Below, piece by piece: positions 1 through 15,054 of a stretch of 64,000 bases of DNA. The translations under genes were made by a program, and so were the position numbers. How positions within the stretch are numbered: the stretch's first letter is position 1; each line of letters starts with the position of its first letter. This stretch comes from Piromyces finnis finn (lineage: Eukaryota; Fungi; Neocallimastigomycota): positions 682,001-746,000 of the forward strand of contig MCFH01000005.1 in NCBI GenBank assembly GCA_002104945.1, given 5' to 3'. The notes below the pieces were generated by a model that saw only the letters and a program-made list of their open reading frames with translations, was not told where the DNA came from and made no database searches.

Positions 1-123
1 ATTATATATCATTATATCATCATTTCTTTAATATAGCTATTTTTATTTTGTAGGATTATATATTCGATTTCTATATATATATATATATTTTGATATACTA
101 AATCAATAATTATTATTATCCAT

Positions 124-1566
124 TCATACTAAGTTATATTCATTATCATTTTTATTGATAATACTTGTATTTTTTTGACAAGAGAAAATTTTTTCTGATA
201 CCTCTTTATTTATTTCTTTATTCTTTGAATAAGATTTCATAAATTCCGCAAATTCAGATTGAAGTTGTTCAATATTGTCAAATCCAAGGTTTGCAGTGAT
301 GGATTTTCTGTGTTTTTCTGAAAAAATTACCAATTCATTAGCTTCAGAGGATTCTTTAATTGCAATACTATTATTACTTGAAAGATTTGCTAGTGTTGAT
401 TTATTCGATTTTTTTGTTTTTAAGTATTTTGTGGAAGGTTGTTGATTTTGTATTTTTTCTGGAAATACAATATCATTGACATTATCATATTTCTCTTTAT
501 TACTACTATATATCGAGTGAATGACTTCTAATTCATTAATTACATCGGAATTTTTTCTTTCATTGTCCTCATGATTGAGCGTTTCATTTAATGATGGAGA
601 TTGATTATCATTTACAATATCATTAGTATTTTTAATTGTAATATATTCGGAGGAGGTTCGATTAGATTCTGTGTCATCTTTCTTATTAGAAAAGAGTTCC
701 GTAGCATCGAGAAAGTCTATCCATGGTATATTACTTGTATCCTGTTTGAGTATATCATTATTATTTTTAAATGGTGGGATATTTTCTTCTTCTGCATTTT
801 TATTATGAATACTTGAAATAAATATGCTTTGCTCTGATACTATCGGTAAAAACTTTCTTATGTCTTCGTCCTTATTCGATTGGCATCTTGATTCTTTATA
901 ACTATGAAATGATTTCTTATCTTCCTTACTACTATTACTTTCCTTTAAATACTTATTTCTTTTAAGGTATCGATCATTATTAATACTTTCATGTAACGAT
1001 TTACTTTTTGATTTTGTTCCAAGTTCTTCAAATGATTTATCATTATTTATAAATTGAATTTCTTTAATTTCGGTTTTGTTTATATTTTCATTTATATCTT
1101 TTTCATCGGTTTTTTCAATACTTTTTATTGATGCTTCATCATTTTTTATATTTTCATGATAACTATTAACTCTTTCATTCGTATCACTGCTTTTTTCCTT
1201 ATTTTCAGGTTCTTTAAATGGTGTAAGAATTTCATGAGGTATTATTACTTCTTTTGTTTTTATTTTTGTATCGCTACTTAATTTTAATATGGATTGACTT
1301 AGATCGTTATCATCATTATTATTTTCATTGATTTTATTATTTATATCGTTACATGAACTATATTAAAACAAATCAATTGAATTAGTTTTAAATATATTAA
1401 TAATAATAATAATAAAAATAAAATACACTATTAATAATAATTTATTAATTTTATTATATATAAATATATTTTAAATCATCATACAAAGATTTTAAATGTA
1501 ATTTTAAATAGTTTATATTTTCTTTCTTTTCTGAGAGAGGATTATTGCATATGTTTCTAAAATAGA

Positions 1567-1644
<78 letters not shown>

Positions 1645-4600
1645 TTATTGTTAAAATTAAAGATAGTAATAATTCTTTTTTAAAATTTAATATTTTATAT
1701 TTTATATATTCTATTATAAATATAATATTTACAATGATGTTAAGTTTGTCATTTTCGTAAAATCAATATGAATTATAGTGATCTTATTATTTGATAATGT
1801 TCTAAATATTTTTATTTTTATTAAGAAAAATATTAATAAATGAATATACCTTTTTTATTAAATATTTGTATTGCTTTAATAATTATTAACATATAAAAAT
1901 ATATTTTTTCTATTACAATTCTTTTAGATATTTTAAATTTTCTATTGAAGATGGAATTTCCTTGATTTTATTATTATCCAAATTTCTATAGAGTTAATGG
2001 GTTAGTATGAATAAAAAGTTAGTTTCTTTCTAATAATTTTCAATTATTATTTTAATAATAATAATAAAAAAAATAATTACAATATTAATAAATTTTCTAA
2101 AGAACCAATACTTTCTGTCAATTCATCGATTTCATTAGAAAATAAATATCTATTAATTTACCAAAGGATAATTAATTTATTATGTGTTAGTAATATATCT
2201 TTTAATTAATAATATATTAAGTATTTTATTTACAGTTCTTGTAGTTGGTTTAATTTTCCAATATTTTCTGGTATTTTTTTTATTTTATTTTTTTGTAAAT
2301 ATCTATTATTACCAATAATAAAAACCATATTTTAATATAATTTTAAATGGCTAAAACTAAAAAGATATTTTATATTGAATATTGATGATAATAAATAAAA
2401 TATTACAGTTTTTTAAGTTGCTTCATATTATCAATGTTTTCTGGTATAGAATAAATTTTGGTATCATGAATTGATCTAATAATAATAGTAAGATAAAATA
2501 GAGTTTGTATATAGAAACAAAAAATAAATTAGATATTTTAAATAATTTTTATATTTTTATTAATTTGGTATTTAATTATTCCATATATGTATATTGTTCG
2601 TACAGTTCAATTAAATTACAAAGATTAAATAGTTCTGGTGGAATTATATTTAAATTTGCATGGGAAATGAATCTAATATTTTATTTTTTTTTTTATAGTT
2701 TTATAATTTTTTAAAATAAAGTTTGTAAAGTATCAATGTATATTTTTTAAAATGCTTATCTATTGAAGTTGTGCTCAAGTATTTATACTTACAATTTAGT
2801 TAAACAGCTTATCATTTTTTCAATTGGTAAAAGCTTACATAATTTATTGTTTCTTATATATCTAAAATTTATAAATTATTTTACAGGGATGTTTTTATTA
2901 ATAAACATTAATATTTAAATGCTATATGTATTTAATAATAGTATTAACTTACAATTCACTTATTGATTTAGAATTTTTTAATGTTTGAGGTGGTATACTT
3001 AATTTATTATTATCTATGTCACTACATAGAAACAAAAAAGATTAATTAAAAGTGATATATGATAAGAATATTATAATGATCTTTAAATATTGAGTTTGAT
3101 AAACTTTTAAAATTTCTTTCTATTGCTATTTCTATGCTTACAGTTTATATAAATGATTAAGCTTTTCAAAATCTATGTTGATTTTTTCAATCTGATTATC
3201 ATTAATATATCTTTATTGCATTATAAAAAAGTAATCAAATATTTGATATAATATAATAATAATATTATTATTAGATGCTGTTAATTATTAATTATTATAA
3301 TATCTAAATTTGTGAGGTTTTTGAAATTTTGAAAATATTTACAATTCTTCAAGATTACTATTTGATGTCATTTCAGTATTTGGTAGTACACTTAATTTAT
3401 TATGCCCTAAGTATCTATTTTTTTTTTATTTTTTGATAAATATTTGTTTAATATTATTGATAAAATTAGATTATATTTCAGTTTTTTTTATTATTATTTC
3501 TATTTTGTAGTCTTACATTATTTTTAAACTATCCATTAACCATATTCCATTTCCAACAGAGTGAATAATATTATTTGTTAAATTCCTTTATAAATATTTA
3601 TATAAGTTTATTATAACTAATATATACTATATTTTACTAAAATTAATTATATCATTTATTATTTTGAGTTTACAGTTCTTCAAGATGGTTTAATTCTTTT
3701 ATATAATTCGGTATTTCTTTAATTAAATTATATTGTAACTCCCTATAATTATTTTTTTTAAATAATATATATAAATATTATGATTTATTATTGACTATAT
3801 TTTAATTTTAATTTTATTTCTTTTCTATATAAAATATAAACTAATTATGAAGTATATTTTATATATTTTATAGGTATTTACAAAATTTCCAATTTTCTCA
3901 TAGATTTAATTTCACTAGGAATCGTCTTTATTTTATTTCCAGTTAATATTCTATTTATAAAGAAAAAATAATAAATTGACTATATTATTAACAATTTATT
4001 GTATAAATGCATATCTTATGAATGTAACTAAATAAATCGATTTATTATATAACATACAAATGTTTTAATAAGGGTAACATTGTTGTAATTAAAGGAAATT
4101 CCGAAAATTTATTATTACCTAAATTTCTGAATAACGAAATATTTAAATACGGTTGTAAATATTATTAATGTTATCAATAATACATATATATATTAATAAT
4201 ATAAATATATTATTAAATATTTACAAATCAGTTAAATTATGTAAATTTTTAAATTCTTCTGGGATAGTAGTTAGTTTGTTATTATTGAGGTCACTAAATT
4301 TATGAACAAAATATAATTATAAATTAAATTTCATTGGGAATAAGTGTAAATTTTTATTATTTGATTTAAATGAAGTTTTTATAGTTGAATCTTATTTATA
4401 TAAATACTGACAGTTTAATTAAATTATTAAGATAACCAATTTTTTTTGGAACACTTTCTAAATCCAAATCATTAAGTTGTCTATTTTTTTTTAAAATTAT
4501 AATGTATGGTATTATATTATATAATTAATATATAGCTTTTTCATTTTTATATATGTATATATATCTAACTATTGAATTATTTAAAAAGTTAATTATTACA

Positions 4601-6257
4601 AAATTCTCATCATTAATAGTTGATTATATATATTTCTTTTATTATCTAATTTAGAATTGCCTTTTAATGATTTGTATTTTTCGTCCGAGTTTTCATCCGT
4701 GTTCTTTACCAATGACAATATTTCAAATTCATGATCTGTAAGTTTTACATGTACAAATATTTTTAATATTTTTATTAATAAGGTATTATAATATCTGTCT
4801 ATTTGGTTTATATATTTAAATATAATTTATTAAAATATTTTGTTTTAGTACCATCCTCTTCTTCATTGTTATTTTCATTATTATTTTCATTATCTGTTAG
4901 TCTTTTTTATTTTTTTTATTTTTTTTATTTTTTTTTTTGGTATAAATTTTATTGGTAAGTTTTTTTTAAATATATTTGCATATATATTTTTAAAATTCAT
5001 TATTAAATGTAAATAATAGATAATATTTACAACCATCTTAGTTTAGTTAAATTGGAAATCTCATTAGGTATATTGGTAATTTTATTATATCTGATATCAC
5101 TGTAATTATATATTTTATGTATATAGAAGACAATTATTTTATCAATTAATAGAATAATTGTATGTATGTATAATAGAATAATTATTATTATAATTTTTTT
5201 TTTACAGAGTTGAAAGGTTTTTTAATTTCTTAAATGATAATGGAATAGTATTAAGATTATTCCCTTTTGCATATCTTTAGAAATAAAATAAATATTATTA
5301 TAGATATATTATATATACATATATATATTAATAATATATTTCTTATTTATTATATTCATTATAGTTGAAATTACATTTCAGATAGTAAGCTATTATCGTT
5401 CGTTATTTCTGGTAATATAGATATATTATTATTTTGAAAATTTCTGGTTTGGTATAAATAGAATTATTCGAAAATTGATTTTATAATATGTAATGTTAAT
5501 ATATTTAATTTTATATATAATATTTAAACAATTCGTAATTGATATTGCTTTTATTTTTATTTCCATACAGATATACTAATGTTTTTATTTGCAATAATTC
5601 ATCCGGTAAACTATTAATTTTATTATTTTCAATGTTTCTGATTAAGGTTATATAATTATCATTTAATAGTAAAAATTGGAAATATTAAAGCATAGATATC
5701 AATAACAATTGAGATTAAGTATAATTATGATATTATTATGTTTATAATTAGTACTTGAAAATTTATTTGGTCATGCTATTATTATAATTTCAATATTTAC
5801 AGTATAGATAGTGATTCAAAATTTTTTATTTCTGTCGATATTTCTGTTAGTGCATTATTCCCCACTTTTCTATCGATTAATATATAACGTCCCGATATAC
5901 TTTAGTTTGTAATTCATCCTATGAATGCACAAAATTAATATTAATAAAAAAATTAATTATAGTTATACACTACAATGTTTCAAGATTTCTTAGGTTAAAA
6001 AGTTCTACAGGTATAGTTTGAAGTTTATTATTTGAAAAATCTCTGAGGAATTATATAATTATAACAAATGAAAATGTGTATTAATTTGAATTGTTTTGTC
6101 AAATTTTAAATATATATATTAGATAATTGTTTTAATATATATAATATATACATTAGAGTTAATTGTTTTAGTCTATTAATATTTGAAGGTATAGATTTTA
6201 TTTCGTTATCTTTTGCAACCCTTAATATATGAAAAATGATTAAAAAAGTTTAAATTG

Positions 6258-6290
<33 letters not shown>

Positions 6291-6650
6291 AATGCTATAG
6301 GTTTTTTTTTTTTTTTCTTTTTTTTTGATATATACACTAATACTTTTTAATTACACACAATTGTTTAAGATTTTGTGACAGACATGAAATACTATCTGGA
6401 ATTTCTTTTAATCCTATATTACATAATTCTCTAAAAAATATTTGATACATTTGTTTTATTATACAAAGATATTATTAGTTCCTATTTATAATAAATAAAC
6501 ATATATATGTATATATGAAGGTCTGTACAATCTATCAAGATTTAATATATCTTTATAACTTATGTTTTTCATCAACATCAAATGATTTAATTGTTTATAT
6601 TGTTCATCATCTTTAAAGTCTGAATCATGAATTGATATTCTACACCCCAT
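124..6650 (-). CDS. Large multi-exon leucine-rich-repeat protein (25 LRR exons, two non-LRR island exons, long N/K/S/E-rich C-terminal exon), approx. 1,090 aa
   Basis: ATG at 6650 (MGCRISIHDSDFK..., exon 6529-6650). It is followed by 69-72-nt exons flanked by AG/GT, each one LRR: 6359-6430 ELCNIGLKEIPDSISCLSQNLKQL; 5031-5099 DIRYNKITNIPNEISNLTKLRWL; 3674-3742 ELQYNLIKEIPNYIKELNHLEEL; 3343-3414 YLGHNKLSVLPNTEMTSNSNLEEL; 2234-2302 YLQKNKIKKIPENIGKLNQLQEL; 2081-2149 YLFSNEIDELTESIGSLENLLIL; 1917-1985 NLDNNKIKEIPSSIENLKYLKEL. The terminal exon 124-1357 is stop-free when translated by hand and is in frame with track ORF 124..333. The 3' end could splice further at GTATGA (129). Confidence 0.85.
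1568..1641. repeat. (TAA)n microsatellite in an LRR-gene intron
   Basis: Perfect taa repeats read directly. Confidence 0.95.
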
Positions 6651-7599
6651 ATTTTATTATTTCAAGAATTAATTAATTAATAATAATTTTGTTCTTTTAT
6701 TTTTTCTTTCTTTTTTACTTTAAAGAATATTTTTCTTTTTTTTTATTTATATAGATATATATATTCTATGTTTTAATACATTTAAAGTATATGCTGTTAA
6801 AATAATTAATATCATATATATATATATAAACTAAGTAGAAAAATTAAACTTAAAATTAAAGTTTGTTATTACATTTTCTTTAATTTTATTTTTTTTAAAA
6901 AAATAAAATTTTTTAAAATTTAAAATATAAGCTTTTTTTTTAGATTAAATTTTTTTTGTAAAATTTTTATTTTGTAATTATGCTGAAACTGAACTTTTCA
7001 ACTATTTGATACAAAATATTTATTTAAACTATACTACAAATACAGAAATTATCATTTGAAATATATAATTTATAAAGGATGTTCCAATTAAATAAACCTT
7101 TACAATATTATATTATTATGATTTATATAAAAACAAATACACATCAAAAAAAAAAAAAAAAAAAAAAATTCTTGGCAATATATTATCATATAATAACAGC
7201 TAAATATGTTATTTTTGGTTTTATAATATAATTTTTAAATGTATGCTATTTTATTTATGATTATTTTTTTATTTTATACATATTTTCTTTTAATAATAAT
7301 AATAATAATAATAATAAAAATTATATATAGAGAGAGAGTAAAGGGATATATTCTATTCTTTTATTCTTTTGCTAAATTAATTTGATTGTAAATATTTAAC
7401 ATGCTATATGATAAATATATATTTATCTAATTTTTTTTTTTTTGTTTTTCCTTTACTTTTTTTCATTACTATTTTCATTTTCTTTCAATAATGATTTTTT
7501 TCAATGTTAAGTGTGAATTGAAAATGAAGTTTTGTTTTCAATGTTAATTTTTTTATTTATTCTTTTTAATAATTTAATGATTTACTCAAATTTAAAATT

Positions 7600-9167
7600 T
7601 TAATTAGTTTTAGTATTATCACTAAAGTAAATTCCTTCTAAAGTCTTCCATTTAGTTTGTTCACTAGCTCTTTCAGTAGCTGCAACTTCTAATTGACCTG
7701 GAATTGGGTTACGGAATTGGAAGTGTTGTGAACTTGTTAAATACTTTTGAGTATCTTTGTGGAAGAATCTTACATCCTTTTCACGAATCCAGTATTCATC
7801 ATTATTATCTTTTTTTTTTTTTTTTTTGTTATTATTGAAAGCAAGATATTTATGATTTAATTTATTTAACGATTATATACTATATATTAATATATTAATA
7901 TACTATTTTATTTCATTATTGAAACTTACCAACACAGCGAACTTCCCAGTTATCACCAGAATCAGAACCATCGAAAGCACTAACTTCTTGTTGGTTAGAT
8001 AATGGAGAACGGAAATGATGACTATGAAGCCATCTACCAGTGTTTAAATGCTTAAGACGAATAACTGAACCACATTTAATTCTATTATAATAATTATTTA
8101 CAATATATAATTATATATAAATATTTTATTATTATAAAGTTATATATATATTTAATATTTAATTTTACAATTCTAAATTAATAACTTACGGATTACTGTG
8201 TTTTTATATAACGGAAAAATTTGTGAATAATTATTGAAATGAAATATTAATAATGTTAGAGTATATATGAGTATTGTATATTATTTTGTTATAAATTTAA
8301 AAATAAATAAATAAATATTTTATATATATTTATAAATTATATATAATTTATATGAATTATTAATTTTTGTCATTTGAACTAATATATACTTGACTTAAAA
8401 TTAATATATTACCCTCTTTTACAATAAGTATTTAAAGCACCATGAATTGTCCATAATGAATTAGTATCATCAGCATCTTTGTAACCAGTAACAGATTGTT
8501 GTTCTGAACCAGAACCATATGAAACACCATGAGAATGGAGCTAATTGATATTAAAATAAAATAAATGCAGAAGACTTTAGTTTTTTTTTTTTTCTTTTTT
8601 CTTTTTTTTTTTATCGTAATTATTAATGTGCATTTTATTTACTCTGTATCCAGTTGGACTATGAGCGATCTTAACAACACTAGAACAACTATTTTGTATA
8701 AAAAATTATAATTTTAAATTGATTTTACATATAATAGAGTGTTGTAAATATTTGAACAAAAGATAGGTTGATTATTTATTACATTATGATTTTAAACAAT
8801 TATAATTATTAATGATTTCAAATGTAAATTATTTTACTAACGTTACTGCAGTAAATTCTGTTTTTACAATTTTTTTTTTTTTTTTTTTTTTTAAATGATT
8901 GAATTATATAATACAAATAGTTTTAAATATATTAAATATAATATATAGTATAATATAATATAATATAATAATATGGAAGATAGTTTATAATATTTTTATA
9001 TAAATAAAAAAAAATATTAATTGTTAAAATTAATGTATCTTTTGAATAAAACAAATTTCAAATTTCAATAAATAGATTATATTATTACCAGGATCAAATT
9101 TCTTGGATTCACAGTTAGCAAGACCTACAAGACCAAGTAATAATAATGAAGCGTTTGTTAATTTCAT
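7600..9167 (-). CDS. SDF2: Stromal cell-derived factor 2-like secreted/ER MIR-domain protein
   Basis: Signal-peptide-like MKLTNASLLLLGLVGLANC, then spliced EFTAVTCSSVVKIAHSPTGYRLHSHGVSYGSGSEQQSVTG, IRLKHLNTGRWLHSH and EGIYF near the C-terminus. These match the SDF2 family motifs LHSH..YGSGS.QQSVTG. Includes a 16-nt exon at 8842-8857. Stop TAA at 7600-7602. Confidence 0.9.
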
Positions 9168-9938
9168 TTTATACTTTCAATATTGAAAAAAGTGTATATG
9201 ATGGATGTTGTATATAATAAAATTTTTAAAATTTAAAATAAATTTATGTTTAATATATTATTTAATGTTTTTATTTTAATACATTTTTTTATAAAAGTTG
9301 AAAAAAATCAATATTTATTTCTTTCATAGTTCTTAACTTATAAAAAATTACTTACGTTATCTATATTTTTCTTATTTTATGTTACTTAATTTAAAATTGT
9401 TTATATATTTCTCTTTACTTTATAATATTTAAAATGGATTGTTTTTTAATATTTTATTAATATAAATTAATTTTTTAATTAATATCACTTATAATAATAA
9501 TAATTTCCAATCATCTTATTAAATAAGGTTACGTGTCAATTAATTACATTAATTTAAAAAAATTTACAGTAATTCTTTTTAAAAATGTTGATGCTTTACA
9601 GTAATTAAAAAATAAATATTATTATAAGAACTATGGATAATATGATACATCTTATAAATAAAATACTAATAACATCACTTTTTTATTGATATACAAAAAG
9701 ATAATTTTACATTATTGTTTTTTAATATGAAGTGTAATAAAATGGTATATATGATTTATAATATTTCAAAGCCAATTATATTTGAAAAAGAAAATAAAGA
9801 ATTGTTTATTTAAATTGTTTATCAAGAATACCAAAAATCATATTATGTATTTTTATTTTAAATAAAAAATTATAAATAATTTCAATATATGATGATGGCA
9901 TTATTAAATAGAAAAAGGAAATTAAAAATTTTACATAT

Positions 9939-11366
<1,428 letters not shown>

Positions 11367-11711
11367 TCAATTATTCAATTTTTGTTATTTTTTACTATAA
11401 AAAAATAAATAGAGAAAGATAGAGAACGGAAAATGTTACAAATATGTAAATCTGAAATTTAATTTTTTGGAATTAAAAAATGAATTTCATTTGTGAAAAA
11501 AAATTATTAAATAATTTATTATATATAACAAATTAAAGTTTGATATTAATTGATAATGAAAATAGTAATAAAATAGATTAATAAAATTAAAGTGGATATT
11601 TTATTAAAATTTCTTACATATAATGTTTTTATATTTATTATATAATAATAATAACTACTATTATTTTATTTTTATTTTTTTTTTATATATATTAAATATT
11701 ATTATTAATTA

Positions 11712-11820
<109 letters not shown>

Positions 11821-12247
11821 TTTGTTTTTATTTTCTTTATTTTTAATAAATAGGATAATAGGATAAATGTAAATAAATTATAAGTATTTAAAATCTATAG
11901 TTTTTTTTTTTTTTAATATACATTTTCATTTAAACATTTTGTTTTATTATAACATAAATGATTATACCATATTTATATTAAATATAAAATAAAATATTTC
12001 AAATCATATTTTACCTAGGGAAAAAGGTAAAATATGGTTTGAGAATACATATAACAATAAATTTAAACCATAAAAAAGGATGAAAACATTAATAATTTAA
12101 GGCAATCTTTTTGGTATTTTTTTTTTTTTTTGTTTGTTTTGTTTTGTTTGAAATTGTTTATTATTTTATTGTTATTTAATACATTTTTATATTTAATAAA
12201 AGAAGAAATAAATTAGTTTAAATAAATTAGTTTTAATAAATTAGTTG

Positions 12248-12468
<221 letters not shown>

Positions 12469-12732
12469 TGAAATGTACTAATACTAAAAATTAATTTATA
12501 TTGTTTATTGTTCATATTCAATAAGCAATATAAATTATTCTCTAAAAATTAGATTGTTAAATAAATATTATATTTTTATTACTAATATTATTTTTTTCTC
12601 TAAACTTATATTTAATAAATAAATAAAATATTTAATGCTAAGATTTATATTATTACTAAAATATATAAATTATAAATAGTTCTTTAAGTTCAATAATATT
12701 TAAAAATAAAAATAAAAAATATAAATCATTCA

Positions 12733-15054
12733 TTACATTTTTTTAAGTTTGAAATTAATCTTTGGGACTAAGAATGTTGAAATAATTGCTCCAATTCCTC
12801 CAAAACGTAATACCCATCCAAAACTGTCAAAATTATCTTCTTGGATTTCCATAAACTTTATTAAACTAAAGAAGATACTACTAAGGAAGGTTACCACAAA
12901 TTGCGGAAGGACAACATACCTATAAATTATTTTTAATATTTATGAATAATTTTTTTTTTAAAAAAAAAAAAAAAGAAAAGGATAACTACATATAATATAT
13001 TAAATGTTAAATTGAATAAATTTTATTTTAAAAAGAATGGGTTTATATTTACATATTATGAATTCCAAGAATAATTCCAGATGAAAGTTTATTTTCATTA
13101 CTTTCTTCTTCATCATCATTTTTAGAATCTTGATTATTATTATAGATTTCCAAGTACTCTCCAATTAAGGCAAATGGAACCCACATACTTACAGCCCATG
13201 AAATACCACAAAGACTTATTATAAAGATAGCTTGCCAAATTTTACTAACCGTAATAGTAGAGAAGAATACAAATGCTAAAAATATTTCAGAAAAGATCCA
13301 AACTTTTCTATAAAAGGATTGTGGATCAATATTTTTATTAGCTGCCATCTTATCATAGAAGGCTTTTACTGTTGGAAGAATAAACGATGCAACTAAAGAT
13401 ATAATTGAATAGATTAAGAGAGCAAATGAACCTGTTCTTGTAGCTTCATCTTCACTCATGGATTCATTATTAGATGATTTATTTTTGTAGTAAATAAAGT
13501 TTATCCAAGCTGTACTATATATTTAATAATGTAGTTTAAAATAATAAAATAAAGAAATTATTTATTTCTCCTCACATATAATTAAAATAAAATAAATTAT
13601 TTATTATTTACGTGTAAAACAAGAATGGGAACCAGCCAATCCATGACCAAAATTGAACATTACAAATTTTTTGAATTGGTTCTGGAAGGTGACTCATAGA
13701 TTGGATAATATTAATTAATGGTGTATACCATTTAATATCATTATTATCATGGCTTTGTATTAAACTTTTTTCAGGAGTTTTAATACATGTTAATAAAACA
13801 GAAATAATTAAAACAGCATTGGCAATAATACACAAACACTATAAAAATGTAATTATATTATTATATAGTTTCAATAATATATTTATATTGGAATTCTTTG
13901 AAGTAATAAAACATATTAATAACTCAAACCTTAAGTTGAGTTGAACCTAAAAATGGCAAATAACTTCTTAAATCAATGAATCCCATAAAGTATCCGAAAA
14001 TATTTCCTATACCAATCATCCTTGAAGCCCAAATACTATTTTTTTTTTTTTTAAATTATTAGATAAAAATAAAAATCATAAAGAAGTATAAATTTTTATC
14101 TTTTTTTTTTTTTTTTGTTACCTAGCATCATTTTGTTGATCACCAGGTGATACGTCAATAGATAATGCACGACAACATGCTTGAACAATATTAATTGCAA
14201 AATCAAGACCATAAAAAGCTAAAACAGCAACCCATATTGTTATCTATAAAATATATTTGTAATTAATCAATATAATTATAATTTGGAATATAAAAGAAAA
14301 TTATTTTATAGTTTTTTTTCACGATAAATACATTATTGGAATTACCACAAAAGGCTAAAAATGATCCAATTTCTTTTGAATATGAAATCATAAGAATAGA
14401 GAAAATGACTAATAATGTTCCAGCTTTTTTTACATAGTAAAAAAAAAAATTAATAATAATAAATAATAATATATATATATATTATATCATTACCAAGAAT
14501 ATATGGCCTTCTTCTACCATACTTTGAAGTACATCTATCGCTGTAAAATCCAATTAAAGGTTGAATAATTAAACCTTTTGGATTATTTATTTATATTTAT
14601 CAAAATAAAAGATTTTAATAGAATTATTCATAAAATGTACTAAAAAATTAATTTATAATATATATAGCAAATATGGATATTTTTTACCTGAAAGAGGACC
14701 AGCTAACCATACAAGGGCAGTTAAGGATTTTGGTAAGCCAAGAGAAAGTAAATATGGAGTACCATAGGCAAGTTCAACAGACCCTTATATTTAGTTATAA
14801 TATTAATTATAATAATTTTATTATATTATATAAATATTTTATTTAATTTATAATTTATCTGTATACTGTAATAACATACATGTAAATTGAACACCAGCCA
14901 AAGAAATTGTCAAATAAAAGAATTCTAAATTTGATAAATGTTTTATAAAACTTTCTTTATTATTATTTAATAAAAAAATTTTACTTTCATTTAATTCGTT
15001 TAATTCCACATCACTATCTGTTTTATCAAATAAAGGTTTAATTTCATTATCCAT
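12733..15054 (-). CDS. MFS/GPH-family sucrose/alpha-glucoside:H+ symporter (SLC45 / S. pombe Sut1-like)
   Basis: Spliced [94 protein letters not shown] and [16 protein letters not shown]. All are hallmark SLC45/SUC-family motifs. Stop TAA at 12733-12735. Confidence 0.9.

Noticed and set aside
7040-7200. Possible further upstream exons of the LRR gene
   Set aside because: An in-frame ATG with a coherent MGCxxS motif at 6650 explains the start, and the upstream candidates have inconsistent phases.
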